DNA of 64,000 nucleotides from Podarcis vaucheri (lineage: Eukaryota). Location: assembly GCA_965113315.1 (NCBI GenBank), contig OZ220374.1. One strand, 5' to 3'. A program made the position numbers and the translations under genes. The number at the start of each line of letters is the position of its first letter. The first letter of the stretch is position 1. Of the stretch, positions 38,416 through 52,265 are shown piece after piece. The notes under the pieces were generated by a model. That model saw nothing but the letters and a program-made list of their open reading frames with translations, ran no database searches and was not told where the DNA came from.

Positions 38416-38902
38416 TGTTCCCTTTGAGAAACAAGACACAGTGGAGGCTGTAGTGTCTTTAAGAAATATGGTTTAATTACACATATTTGCGTCTGAGTTT
38501 AGATGAAGGGGGTGCAGATATTACAGCATTGTAATCTCAAGAGCAGCTTGTTCTTCATAGCAGCCCAGCACTGGAGACAGAACCATCCTAAGCATTATTC
38601 CTTTGTTCCTGCTTCCCAGCCAGCTCTAATGTTCTGCCCTTCAGCCCCTGTATTATATTCTCCAGTTTTGTTCCTTCTCCTTCCCAGAACATCTAGCCAA
38701 GCCCAACACCTCCTCCTCTGCCTGGTCACCCCTTTTACTAAGCCTTGAGTCCAAGAGGCAAACTTTCCTGAGTGGCCTGAGGCCCTGCCCATCAAATTGC
38801 CATCCCTTGTTTTGCACAGACCCAAACACCTTTCTTGATGAGTAGATGCCTGGCCAGCTAAACCCAGGAATTTCCATGGCACAGTTCAGGAGAACTGCAA
38901 CA
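38416..38902 (-). mobile_element. Candidate solo LTR
   Basis: TGTT...AACA termini; near-TSD GGCTG/GCCTG; possible minus-strand poly(A) signal TTTAAT at about 38473. Confidence 0.4.
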
Positions 38903-38909
38903 GCCTGTA

Positions 38910-39135
38910 CAGTGGTACCTCAGGTTACATACGCTTCAGGTTACAGACTCCGCTAACCCAGAAATAATACCTCGAGTTAAGAACTTTGCTTCAGGATGAG
39001 AACAGAAATCGTGCTCTGGCAGTACGGCGGCAGCAGGAGGCCCCATTAGCTAAAGTGGTGCTTCAGGTTAAGAACAGTTTCAGGTTAAGAACGGACCTCC
39101 GGAACAAATGAAGTACTTAACCCAAGGTACCACTG
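38910..39135. mobile_element. TcMar-Tigger-like MITE
   Basis: TA|CAGTGGTACCT...AGGTACCACTG|TA. Confidence 0.9.
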
Positions 39136-39685
39136 TATCTTCTCTTCAATGTTCCAAATATGATCTAAATCCTACTACTGATTAATTCCTAACATTCACT
39201 AACAGACTCTTGTACCCTGGCTATTGTACTATCCCCTTCTCAAAAAGGCATCTGACCAGAGATGTGATACAAGACATTAACTCATTTCCAGGCAATTCCC
39301 AGCTCCCCTGGAATTTTTCAGGCTTTCCCCTTGGGGTACACTCTGGTCAATTCAGCATCCTAATACAGCTTACCTATTCACCTACATTGCCCTAATGGTG
39401 GTTTTCATAAGTCAGGATGCAAGCCTTGTTGCCAGTTATCTCACCCAAAAGCCCTTCTCCATTATTATCATCATCATTACTTATCAGAACAATTCCTAAA
39501 CTCCGGTATTCCAAAGCACTTTTTAAAAACACACACTGGAAAAGCCCCATAATCTCCATCGCTGTTCAGTTCTCCGTTCCCCATGTCAAAATGTTTACCT
39601 CCAGGGAGGAAGAAAGGGCAGTGGTGGGGTACTCCCATGGATGTATTAAATCCCAGGAAATCTGGTGGTAAAAGAAGGTCCACGT

Positions 39686-40102
39686 TGTCAGGAGTTCAGC
39701 CTACCCTTGAGTAGGACCCCGGCAGAGACACATGCCTGACTGGCATGTTCCCTCCCTCCTGGTTGTTTGTTCAGGAGCTTCAAAAGCTTTCTTCTGCCCA
39801 AACATCACAGCGACCGATGCCAACAGATACTGGCACACTTAGGGATCTGCAGAGTCTTCGCAGCTTTTCGTGACAGACCTCAGCAACTCAGCATTTTGGC
39901 TAATCTACTTTATTTACATATAAACACACACGGAGCACTGCAACATGGCTCCCTCTCTCTCTAGCATCAGACAGCAAAGAGAAAGAACAAAGGACAATAG
40001 TCCCACGTCTCCGTCACTTCCCACTCTGTGGGGTCAAAACATATTCTGTCATGTGAAAGTCAACAATCCCATGACTGCAATCATGGAGCAGGAATTCTAA
40101 CA
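39686..40102 (-). mobile_element. Solo LTR (417 bp)
   Basis: TGTCAG...CTAACA termini; 5-bp TSD CACGT/CATGT differing by one CpG-type transition; minus-strand AATAAA (TTTATT at about 39909). Confidence 0.65.
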
Positions 40103-42364
40103 CATGTAACATTTGCAATCAAGGAAGGGGCTGCAAAGGAAGACATATGTGGGAATGTCTGCCACCACCTTTCATTTCTTCTTCCCCAAGGTAAGGTTTC
40201 TATGAGGTTTTTTGTTTTTGTTTTTGGTGTTTGTTTGTTTGTTTGTTTACATTGGGAAAGGGAGAGGAAATGAATGGAAAAGATCAGAGAGGCCTGCTCA
40301 TTGTGGGCTGTGCTTGCCACACTTCAGCTCTCAAGAACTGATTCAAGAGTGCTTGATTGTTATGAGAACTCCTCAATATGCAGAGGTCTTTACATGCCAA
40401 GTTTATACCTGATGCCCAAACTTTACATCTGATGTCAGAATTGTTGAGAGGGTCACAAATGAAGGAGCTGCTGCAAATATATTTTTAAAAATTGTATCTG
40501 TATTTCTGTATACCATATACTGTTAGAAAAAGGTGTTGCTAGGTTTTCATTTCATAATGTCTGAAGATGAAATGGCATCTGTAAAATAAATAAATTGCTA
40601 AATTGGCAATTGCTCAGATTATTGGCTTTTTTGAGTGGTTTCTAATAGATCAGTACAAACAAAAGAATTAATGAAGGCATTCCACAGGCAGACAATTTTG
40701 TGAGGAGAGAAACAGAGTTGCTTTTTTAATCCATAAAAATGCCTCTGTCCTGCAAATCTATCTAAAATGGTTTTGCAGGACTTATTTATTTCTAAGTAGT
40801 ATTTTGCAGTTCAGTTTGGGGAGTACGTACTTAGGTTTAAGATAAAGTATGTGAGCATTTTTAGTAATGGGTCCATATATATGTAATCACTTTATTCACA
40901 CACACACACACACACACAATGCTTAATATTTAATTGAGAATAAAAGGGAACTTATTAATAGTTTGTTCTCATTAGTGCTGCTATTCAGTGTCAGTTGTTG
41001 GCACATTGTAACTCTCTTTATTATGCTGGACATGAATGTCCCCATTCCATTTTTAATTAGAGAAAATCCTGTTCTGTTTGGACAAGTTTAGAGGCCCTGC
41101 TTTCATATAGTGTTTGGGTTTTTTTAAAGATCGTTTTCAAAATGTAAGGATATTATACAGTGTTTTGTAGAAAGTTCTGTAGCTGTGCATTGGCAAGCTT
41201 TTTTCTTTTTCTTTTGGCTTTTAAAATCTGTGCATATTTACCCAGAAGTGAGTCCTACAGATACTTGGAAAAAGTAAGAATAACCACGGTGACCTGCATT
41301 TTATCTTTTTCTGCAGGGTTTTTTTATGTGTGTTTTTTAAAGCTGAAATTAGAAACTGCAAATTACATTGCGGGAGGGAGAATCTGTGACTTGCTGTAAA
41401 TGTACAAGAGTGAATGTGACAAATTTCATTCAGGGTTTCCAGCAGCCCAGACTGTTGTTTTAATATTTCACTTCTACAGCTGTACTGACAGAATGTTGAC
41501 TACATAAGCAAACTTTGAAATAATTAAAGCTGTTATGTTGACAGCTAAGCAGCCAACGTGATATGTATCCTGTGTCCCTAAAGCTGGTCCTAATATATTT
41601 GCGAATATATTATTAAAAATTGGCTTCCAGCATTTTGATACTATGCATTTGTCATAGCTCTCTTGTTCTGTTGCAGAGTCAATGGAACATGGTTTCAAAG
41701 AGAGCTGAATCAACACTGTGGCCTGGGTCATGCATCTGGCATCCTTGTGGAATGTATGAGGCTGTTGACAGGCTCATGAGCTGGGGCCCATGTGGAGAGC
41801 CATGTGGTTCATGTAAAAAATGAATAATAATGATGCAAACATGCAGATCCAGGGCACCATGTTTCATAAAAACATACTCTTCTAACTAGCCCTGTATTTT
41901 GTGATGTTGTACCAATATCGCCACAACCCAGGCAGGCACAGAAAGCCTTCTGAACACTTTTTTTTAGGCCTTTCTGGACTATTTTTTTAAGCACATTGGT
42001 TGTGCAATTCTTGTAGGAGGCCGCAACATCTTTCCTCAAGACAGTTCTCTTGTGCTATAAATATCTTACCTTCTGAGCACACAAACAGCAGTATTCTGTT
42101 ACTGGTAAAAGGTTCAGTTATTTCCCCCATGGCAGTTCAATCTCTTGTGATCATGGGTATTGTGTGGAAGGAGGTAAGTTACGGATGTTTGTCACTGAGT
42201 GCCCATAACATAACTACAGTAGTGATGAATGACACAACTCCCTCCACCCCCATATCCTTGTTATTTTAGTTGTACATCATCAAGGGATGGGAGTGCTGAT
42301 TCCATATGAAGTACCTACATGATTATTTAACTGCAACCAGGCCACATAGAAGTCACACACAGAA

Positions 42365-43006
42365 AATAATAATAATAACAATAATAGTAATAATTTATTA
42401 CTTATACCCCACCCATCTGGCTGGGTCTCCCCAGCCACTCTGGGTGGCTTCCAACAGGAGATTAAAAATACATTAAAACAACAGTCATTAAAAAACTTCC
42501 CTAAACAGGGCTACCTTCAGTTGTCTTCTAAATGTCAGATAGTTGTTTATTCCTTTGACATCTGATGGAAGGGCGTTCCACAGGGTGGGAGCCACTACCG
42601 AGAAGGCCCGAGAAGGCCTGGTTCTCTGTAACTTTGCTTCTCACAATGAGGGAACCATCAGAAGGCCCTTGACGCTGGACCTCAGTGTCCGGACTGAACG
42701 ATGGGAGTGGAGATGCTCCTGGTAGACAATTGCCCTGGACACAGAATTGACCTGCACCTTCATGGACAGCTGTGAGTCCAAAATGACTCCCAGGCTGCAC
42801 ACCTGCTCCTTTAGGGGCACAATTGTCCCATTCAGGACCAGCGAGTCCCCCACCCCTGCCCACCCCCTGTCCCCCCAAAACAGTACTTCTGTCTTGTCGG
42901 GAATCAACCTCAATCTGTTAGCCGCCATCCATCCTCCAACCACCTCCAGGCACTCACATAGGACTTTCACCACCTTCATTGGTTCCGATTTGAAAGAGAG
43001 GTAGAG
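42365..43006 (-). mobile_element. L2-clade LINE fragment with an internal deletion
   Basis: ORF 42641..42979 joins SRAIVYQ directly to EHLHSHRS, relative to the adjacent longer copy. Confidence 0.9.
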
Positions 43007-43333
43007 CTCTCTTTCTGATTAGAAAGAGAGGTAAAGTGTTTCTTGCCTATGGAAAGTCTATTTTAAAGAGTTATTTCAACAGAGGAAGAAAACTGGTTGG
43101 AGTCTGTTACTTTGTGAGTTTTTTGTGATACATTTGTGATACCACTGTATATAAATATATGTATAAATAAATCATAAATCACTGTTACATAGTAAGTGTT
43201 TGAGGAATTACATCTTTCCTAAGTCTTGTACACAGTGGCTTGATCCACATTTTTTGGACGAATGCATGGGTTGCAAATTAGTTGTCCACTGGATTTTGCA
43301 GTTCTTTGAATGCTGTGACAGTTCTTGGAAGTT

Positions 43334-43334
<1 letters not shown>

Positions 43335-43380
<46 letters not shown>

Positions 43381-44593
43381 TATTTATTATTTATATCCCG
43401 CACATCTGGCTGAGTTTCCCCAGCCACTCTGGGCGGCTCCCAATCAGTGTTATAAACAGTACAGCGTTACATATTAAAAACTTCCCTGAACAGGGCTGCC
43501 TTAAGATGTCTTCTGAATGTCAGGTAATTATTTATCTCTTTGACATCTGATGGGAGGGCATTCCACAGGGCGGGCGCCACTACCGAGAAGGCCCTCTGTC
43601 TGGTTCCCTGTAGCCTCAATTCTCGCAATGAGGGAACCGCCAGAAGGCCCTCGGCGCTGGATTTCAGTGTCCGGGCTGAACGATGGTGGTGGAGACGCTC
43701 CTTCAGGTATACAGGACCGAGGCCATTTAGGGCTGTAAAGGTCAGCACCAACACTTTGAACCGTGCTCGGAAACGTACTGGAAGCCAATGCAGATCTCTC
43801 AGAACTGGTGTTATGTGGTCCCGGCAGCCACTCCCAGTCACCAGTCTAGCTGCTGCATTGATTAATTGCAGTTTCCGGGTCACCTTCAAAGGTAGCCCCA
43901 CGTAGAGTGCATTGCAGTAGTCCAAGCGTGAGATAACTAGAGCATGCACCACTCTGGCGAGACAGTTTGCGGGCAGGTAGGGTCTTAGCCTGCGTACCAG
44001 GTGGAGCTGGTAGACAGCTGCCCTGGACACAGAGTTAACCTGCGCCTCCATGGACAGCTGTGAGTCCAAAATGACTCCCAGGCTGCACACCTGGTCCTTC
44101 AGGGGCACAGTTACCCCATTCAAGACCAGGGAATCCCCCACACCAACCCGCTCCCTGTCCCCCAAAAACAGTACTTCTGTCTTGTCAGGATTCAACCTCA
44201 ATCTGTTAGCCGCCATCCATCCTCTAACCGCTTCCAGGCACTCACACAGGACCTTCACTGCCTTCACTGGTTCTGATTTAAAGGAGAGGTAGAGCTGGGT
44301 GTCATCTGCATACTGATGAACACCCAGTCCAAACCCCCTGATGATCTCTCCCAGCGGTTTCATATAGATACTAAAAAGCATGGGGGAGAGGACAGAACCC
44401 TGAGGCACCCCACAAGTGAGAGCCCAGGGGTCTGAACACTCATCCCCCACCACCACTTTCTGGACACGGCCCAGGAGGAAGGAGCGGAACCACTGTATGA
44501 CAGTGCCCCCAGCTCCCAGCCCCTCTAGACGGTCCAGAAGGATGTTATGGTCGATGGTGTCAAAGGCCGCTGAGAGATCCAGCAGAACTAGGA
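43335..44593 (-). mobile_element. 5'-truncated L2-clade LINE with an open RT domain
   Basis: LVLLDLSAAFDTIDH, GVPQGSVLSPMLF and HQYADDTQLY; (AAT)n tail. Confidence 0.95.
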
Positions 44594-45542
44594 AAATAAG
44601 CATATAAATATGTAATTTGAGAGAAAAAAACATATATTTAAGTAAGTACATATTTATTTTGTATTACATATGTATATGTATTTTTAAAATCAGAAAGCAA
44701 ATACTTATGGGTAAAACCATGCGAAATGAAAACACATATATTGTCCATTCCTAAACTGTCTACACAGTTGAGTTTCCTGGCAGAAGGAGAGGATGTAAGG
44801 CCACGTTTCTCCCAAATTCTCTGGGTTAGCTTTCTTCTTAAGGTTCCTTGAGCAGTCAACTCCACCCCCGTGTAAAATTACCATTCCCCAATCATCTCTC
44901 CTGTTTTATCTGAGAGTAAAATACTCTACTACAGTTCTTATTTTTGCAAAGAAATGGTTGCCATGGGGAAATAGTCAAGGTGCTTTCCTGATCCTTTATT
45001 GTATATCACATGAATAGTTTAATGCAGTAGAAAGTGACTAATCCTAGTCAATTTTCTTCCACGCCTAGTGCATAAGAGCTGGAATACGGTCTATGATCTT
45101 AACAGTTGCATGTTGGAACTTCTCCTGGAGAGCGTACTGCAGTTTGCATTGAAGGTGAGGGATTACCTGTTTGAGTGCATGTGCCTGTTCATACAAAACA
45201 GCATGTTAGAGAAGGATTCTCGTTTGGGGTATGAAGGAATAATTTTAATTGGGAGGAAAAGAAAATTTCTAAGCTGACATGGGGTCAATGTCGTAAGCGA
45301 GCTTGTTTCTATTATATACAGGACTTTTCAAGTGGCATTTGTCTTGAATTGTGATGAAGCAGACTCTGCAGCACAATTTAGACACAATAGGGCTAGCACT
45401 TAAAAGGCTTTAATTTCAAAGAATAAAAAAGTGAAAGTTTACATATCTTTGGCAAACAGATCTTTGGCAAACACATGTCCATGCCCCCAATACAGACAAA
45501 GTTAGTTGTGCTTAAGTCTGAAATGAGTGATGTTTGCCTTTA

Positions 45543-45898
45543 GGTAAAGGTAAAGGGACCCCTGACCATTAGGTCCAGTTGTGGCCAACTCTGGGGTTGC
45601 GGCGCTCATCTCACATTATTGGCCGAGGGAGCTTCCGGGTACAGCTTCCGGGTCATGTGGCCAGCATGACTAAGCCGCTTCTGGCGAACCACAGCAGCGC
45701 ATGGAAACGCCATTTACCTTCCTGCTGGAGTGGTACCTATTTATCTACTTGCACTTGGATGTGCTTTTGAACTGCTAGGTTGGCAGGAGCAGGGACCAAG
45801 CAATGGGAGCTCACCCCATCACGGGGATTTGAACCACCGACCTTCTGATCGGCAAGTCCTAGGCTCTGTGGTTTAACCCACAGCTCCACCCGCGTCCC
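45543..45898 (-). mobile_element. Full-length Sauria SINE
   Basis: TSD GATGTTTGCCTTTA at 45529-45542 and 45902-45915. Confidence 0.95.
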
Positions 45899-47412
45899 GT
45901 GGATGTTTGCCTTTACCCTCTCTTAATTGAGCCATGCCTTTTTAGATATGTTCTAGAGCAAGTGAGTATCGCCCCACCTTAAATCACAGTCCCATACTGT
46001 CTGGACTGAAGTAAGTCCCATTGAATTCAGTGGATATAGGACTGAAGCCCTCATCAGTTTGTTTTGCTTTGTGACATGTTAACTGTCCATCATTAAATGT
46101 TCCATATTGCACCAAAGGCTCGAAGCACAAAATCTCATATTGGTCTTGCAGAAGCTACTAAGGCATCACTTGAAATTATCATGATGGATCCGTATGAATT
46201 TCATTCTTGGTTAACATTGCTCAAGATACCATTACCGTTTGGTGAGCTTTTCTTGTCTCTGTGATGAGAAAAATAAACTTGACGGATGATCCAGCATTTG
46301 AAATGCACAAGATTGAATTCTTACTTCAGCGTGGATGAACATAAGGTCACAGGCATGCTTTTTGTCATTGACAACACAGGAAGAAAATCTGAAAGCTCTC
46401 CAAACAGAATTTTGTGGCTCTTAAAATTGCAGTGATAATTCTTTTAGACTAAAATATTCCTGATGGTCACATACAAAATGGACATATAAATGAAAAATGT
46501 TAAATATAACCAGGATATAATAGCAGTATGCATCTATGGGAATTGTTATCTTTTCTATATTCAAAGTTTAGACACTTAACAAGCGATTAAAGTTTTAAAT
46601 TAGAACCAGCTATTAACAGTGACTGCATTTTTACATGTTCTACATTTGTTTTGACAAGGGGTTGTTGCATAACTGTGATAGGATAGTCCATGTAAAAGGA
46701 ATGAAACTCGGGGATTAAGAGAGAGTTCTTATTTTTGCATTCCCCACCCCACCCTGCAAGATAGATGAGTTCCCCAAATATATGCTGCATGTACTGTTGC
46801 TGCCAATATCTTATGGTTGATGAATTTTAGTTAGGTACCTAGCTTGCCTTTTTAGTCAAACCATACACCTACACCAATCCTGCAGTCTTGCAAAGCTTCT
46901 GTTAAAACTGTTCTATGCAGCTGAACAGAAAGCATTCACCTCCTTGACTTGTTTGATGGAAGAGAGTCAGGGCCCATCTAAGACATTCTGCTAAAAGTTG
47001 CAAGACATTCTGAAGGAAAGGACAAAAGATGTCTGCTGCCCCATTTGCCACATACAGAAGCTGACTGGAATGGCTGTGAACTTTACTTCACAGCTGGTGA
47101 TGGGAGAGCAACCATCATTGCACCTGAGTCATGCAGGCCACAACACACATGTAAAGCACATGTTTCCCTCCTATCAAAGAATCTTGGGAATTGTAGTTTT
47201 CCCCTTGTAGAGCTACAATTCCCAGCGACCTTTAACAAAATGCAGTCCCCAAGGTTCATTGTGAGAAGCAGTGTGGTTCAAATATGCTTAAAATGTGGGG
47301 CTTTTTTCCCAGCCAGAACTTGCCGGAACTCTCATGTGGCTGCCATTGCCTGTATAAGGGAACAAGGGAGGCATTCATGGTGAGTTCTGGTACCTCTTTT
47401 TCTAGAAAAATA

Positions 47413-47750
47413 AGGTAAAGGGACCCCTGACCATTAGGTCCAGTCATGACCGACTGGGGTTGCGGCGCTCATCTCACTTTATTGGCTGAGAGAGCTGGCG
47501 TACAGCTTCCAGATCATGTGGCCAGAATGACTAAGCCGCTTCTGGCGAACCAGAGCAGCGCACGGAAACGCCGTTTACCTTCCCGCCGGAGCGGTACCTA
47601 TTTATGTACTTGCACTTTGACATGCTTTCGAACTGCAGGAGCAGGGACCGAGCAACAGGAGCTCACCCCGTTGCGGGGATTCGAACTGCCGACCTTCTGA
47701 TTGGCAAGTCCTAGGCTCTGTGGTTTAACCCACAGCGCCACCCGCGTCCC
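47413..47750 (-). mobile_element. Sauria SINE nested in a hAT MITE
   Basis: TSD TTTCTAGAAAAATA at 47399-47412 and 47751-47764. Confidence 0.95.
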
Positions 47751-48516
47751 TTTCTAGAAAAATAGCACTGTTTAAATGTATGGAGTGAGTATTAGAGGCA
47801 GGTTAAGTGGCATACACATCTCCAAGAGAGGAAAACATCTGGGGGATTCAGAAAGAACAGCTGGGTGTTCCTCTGTTGATCTCTTCCCTCCCAGAGCCCA
47901 CTAGCTGAGGCAGATGCCCTACTCTGCCAAATTGGCCCTGAGAAAACAGTGACCGTGTAAAATTAAGAAAGGATATATCTGGGTAACTTTGAGGTATTAG
48001 TCATTGCATCTAGTAGGTCCTGACCTAGTGACTGTGGCTGTAATCTTCAGATACATGTGCCAATGGAACAGTACACAGCCTCTCTTGCATATGCTGGTCT
48101 GTAACTGCTGTCATGGTGGGCTTGCAGCAAAAGTGAAAGCAAATTAATTGTAATTCAAATGACCATACAAGAAGTAAAAACAGTTGTGTGTGGTGTTGTT
48201 TTTTAAAACAAGCCCATAGCCCAGGGGAAACAAATATAATGCAGGAACAGGTTAAAAGACTCAAGGTGGTGGTGGGGAGATATTTGCCTGGAGTTGAAAT
48301 GACATCAAGGTAGGCTCCAGATAAGTCTCTCTGGAGAGGGCATTTTGTAGCCACCATTCAAAGGGCTGCCTCCCTAGTTGCCATTTCTCACACTTCACCT
48401 GGCAGGGGCACTCTTGGAATTCCCTCTTGCTTGCTTTGAAAAGCAAGGTCTCTGGTTTTGTCCCAGATTTTGTATCTGCACCAGTCCTAAATATGGTTAA
48501 TGCTAACCATCTTAAC

Positions 48517-48652
48517 TAGGCATAGGCAGACTCGGCCCTCCAGCTGTTTTGGGACAACAACTCCCATCATCCCTAGCTAACAGGACCAGTGGTCAGGGAT
48601 GATGGGAATTGTAGTCCCAAAACAGCTGGAGGGCCGACTTTGCCTATGCCTG
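48517..48652. mobile_element. Palindromic hAT MITE (136 bp hairpin)
   Basis: Near-perfect fold-back; identical 8-bp TSD ATCTTAAC at 48509-48516 and 48653-48660. Confidence 0.9.
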
Positions 48653-51600
48653 ATCTTAACCATGGTTTGCACACCTTGATGACTGTTAAAAATTGTTAGT
48701 TTTGATGCAGATGTAATGTGAGAATCCAGGGGTAGTCAACACATGGTATCCTCCAAATGCTCACAGAATCACAGACTGTAGAGTTGGAAGGGACGACAAG
48801 AGTCATCTAGTTCAACCCTCTGCAATGCAGGAATCTTTCACCCTATGTGGGGCTTAAACCCAGAACCCTGAGATTAAGAGTCTGATGATCTACAGTTCTT
48901 GTCATCCCCAGGATGTAAAACCAGGGATTGTGGATGCTGCAATTCACACCATCTGCAGGGTATCACATTTGTTATCTTTGTGCAAGACTAAGAGATTGTG
49001 CACTATTTATCATGGTGGAAGCGTATTGTACGGTACGGAATGAGTCACATCCATGTTATTCAGAATGCCATTTCATAGACACATTATGGATATACTCTTC
49101 GAATTTCTGGAAACTGATTGTCATATAAGTGACTCATGGCAGAGATGGATTTGATTACAAAGAACACTGATTCTTTCTATATGCCCAAGTGAACTTTGGA
49201 CTTGTGTTTTCAAAGAGCAATCCCCCATGTTGCATGGAAAACTTTGATTGACACTAATGAAGTTTTCAAAAGCAATTTTAGTTATGGCCTAGGAGCCTGT
49301 TGTTCCAAAAGAAGAGAAAATCAGAAATTATGCTTGGCACATTCAAACACATCTCTTGGATCCTGGCCATTGCGTATTATCAGAACTGTAGCAGAATTTT
49401 ATTTAGCTAGTTTAATACTTACAGCATAATAACCTGTAAGATTCCTTTAGAAATGGAAAGCATTGTAAAACTATAGTATTGCATAAACCCCAGTTTCCTA
49501 CTGAAATCATTGTAAAAATATTTTTATGCCATTATTTAACTTCTGAATAACTTTTTCCCTGTATTTATAGTGCAGCTGCATATGTAATGAAGTTTGAAGT
49601 AATATAAGCTGTTAAATATTTTCATGAGGAGTGCAGTGTTTATTGCTTATTAGATTAATGTCAACTAGGGTTGGGCTGTAATCCATGAATAAAATCTACA
49701 ACTTCCAGAAAAATATATATCTACTTTGTTTCTTAGGGACTGAAGCTGAACTGTTTCATAAGATCTATATCAATTTTGAAGGAGCTAATGCAGTCATTTT
49801 TTTATTTTTTTTTACAATTAAAAAAGGGCATGTCTTTAATCAAGCAAAACTATAAATTGAAGCCTGGCAATTTTTGTTTGGAACCTGAGTGGAGTTTTTG
49901 TTTCTTAGCCACAAGTAATTATAATTTTCAGGGTTGAAGTTTGGACATATACTTTTTTCTTATAGAATACTTTAAACACATCAACATAATTTTGCCTTGA
50001 ATTAAATTAAGTAGTCTAAAATCCCATGTCTGCAATGAAAGAGCATGTGCTACAATTCCCTTCCTGAATTCAAATGGTGTTAAATATGCTCGCATTTGGT
50101 TGGAGTGTTTCCAATGACCAGGATCTAAAGAGCTCCTTTAGGAGCACCCAAGACCTGGTATGCCCAGTGGGCTTTTTCTTCTTCTTTCTAACCTTCGCAT
50201 TCATAGACTCCTGTGCTGTATCACAACCTGCTTTTGAAGTTCCAGGTGAGGTTTGCTGCTGGTCAGACTCTCATTCAAGAAAAAAAATTCCAAATCTCTC
50301 TTGGGCAAATGCAACTAGTCATACAGTTATCTGGATCTACTCCAATGTTTTTAGGATTAGGCTGCCAGTAAACTGTTTTGATTCATTCCTAGAAAGCACA
50401 ATAGGGGGAAAATGTTTTCCTATGAACCTCATAATTTCTTGGGCAAATGAAAATGATTCATGGCGCTGCTGCATCTGCGCTGTGCGTCTTATCTGGCTGT
50501 TTACCATTTTCTCATTGACTTGCCTTTGTTCTAAGGGAGTAGAAGCCTGAAAAAAACTGATAAGTGGAGGCCGGGCTTCATGCCTTTTTAACACGCCCAG
50601 GGTGTGCAGAAAATTAAATGAGTCATCACTGAAATATCAATAGCTGTAGCAATGCGAGTTGGAAAATGATATATGCTGTTGTTGCGGTAAGTTGGCAGGT
50701 GTTGCAGGCAAATAGGTAGTACAGATATTAGGAGGGGGATCTATCTATTTATTTAGTTCATTTAAAGGATTTTCATCGCGCTCTTCGGCTGCAAAAGGCT
50801 CCCAGGGCAACTTACAACAACTAATACTAAAGACAGTCTAATGTTTACAGTCTAAAAGGCATGACACAAAGGGAAAAGGGATTGTGAGGGGCTTCACCAG
50901 GGTGAAGGCTTCAGCTGTAACCAGGTGGGTGGGAAGATACCACGGGCCATAATCAGTTCAGGTAACTAATTAAAGCTACAAGGTGCTTTGGGGATGAAGA
51001 TAGGACACTGGTCGCTTTGGATCTGCTTTATCCAAACCCCAACAGACCTGATCCTGGGACTCCTTGGCTTGCTAGCCTGGCACTAGCATACCCAAAACTA
51101 GCAAAATGACTGCTATCCCCCCCATCATCTGCTCTGGCTGATGTGAGCAAAGCTTAATATTTGGCAGTGGGTCTGCCCCTCCGCTCCTCCCTAGCCCCGC
51201 TTAGGGCTGTCCAGTTACTCGGTTTAAAAATGCCACTGGGAACAGATAATTGACACTGGAAGTGCTAATGAGGAAGGGGGATTGGTTTTGTACTGATGGG
51301 TGGTTAAGTGTAGCAACCAGTGCTGTTCTCTTTGCTGTAAAGTTACAAAACCGCTCCCAGCAGCTATAACAGTATACTGCATTGAATCTTTTTCTTTCTT
51401 TCTAAAGGCATAAGCATAAAATTTCCCACCTACTGCATGACTAATGAAGCTGTAGGCTTATACAAAGAAGTGTGTTCACAGCTAATAAAGCTGAAGACCT
51501 TTATTCGGAGCACCCCAGTATTGGACGTTTCATTTTCAATGTTTTCCAACTGAAAAAGCAGAATAAAAACAAACATATTTTTTATGTCAACTGATATTTC

Positions 51601-52265
51601 ATACAATGCATATTTTTATGTGTGTAATATGAATATGAAGATGCACACACACTTGGGAGATCTAAGCCCTTGATGCCCTGTTTCCCCCTAACCCTTTTTA
51701 TTCTTCTGTGAACTAGTCAGCTACCAGCATTCAAACTGTAAAGAGCATTGACATAATTTGTAATAAAAGCAAAGCTGAAGCATAGGGAAGGTGAAAGAGA
51801 ATTGCCAGAATCTGTAGCTATTCTGATCTGCTGGGTAGTCTCTTCCAAATGTGATCTTGAACAGTTAAAGCAAACCAACTGAAGATTCCCTTATTGGCTT
51901 GTGTTTTTCCTTTGTTTTTAAGTGTTGTTTCAGTTCAAGTTAAAGTTGTGCATCCCTATCCTAAGCATAGGTGCCACTAAGGTTGCAATCCTGTACCCCC
52001 ATACCTGAGAGTAAGCTCTATTGGATTCAGCGGGACTTTCTTTTGACATGCATAGGATTGTGTTGTAAATCTACTTGCAACGCTGTAACATTCTTTGTAG
52101 CATTGTTGTGCGATCACAGCCCTGTAAAGTTGGCCCTTACTGTTATCCCCACATTCTAGGTTCCTGGCTAAGAGACAGTGACTTCTTTAAGACCTCCTGG
52201 TGTGTTATATGACTGAGTTGACATTTGAACCAGCCATCTTTGGATTGCTGCTCATTCTCTTAGCC

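Noticed and set aside
46261-46391. Possible C/D box snoRNA (GTGATGA...CTGA)
   Set aside because: No terminal stem and no recognisable guide; likely chance motifs.
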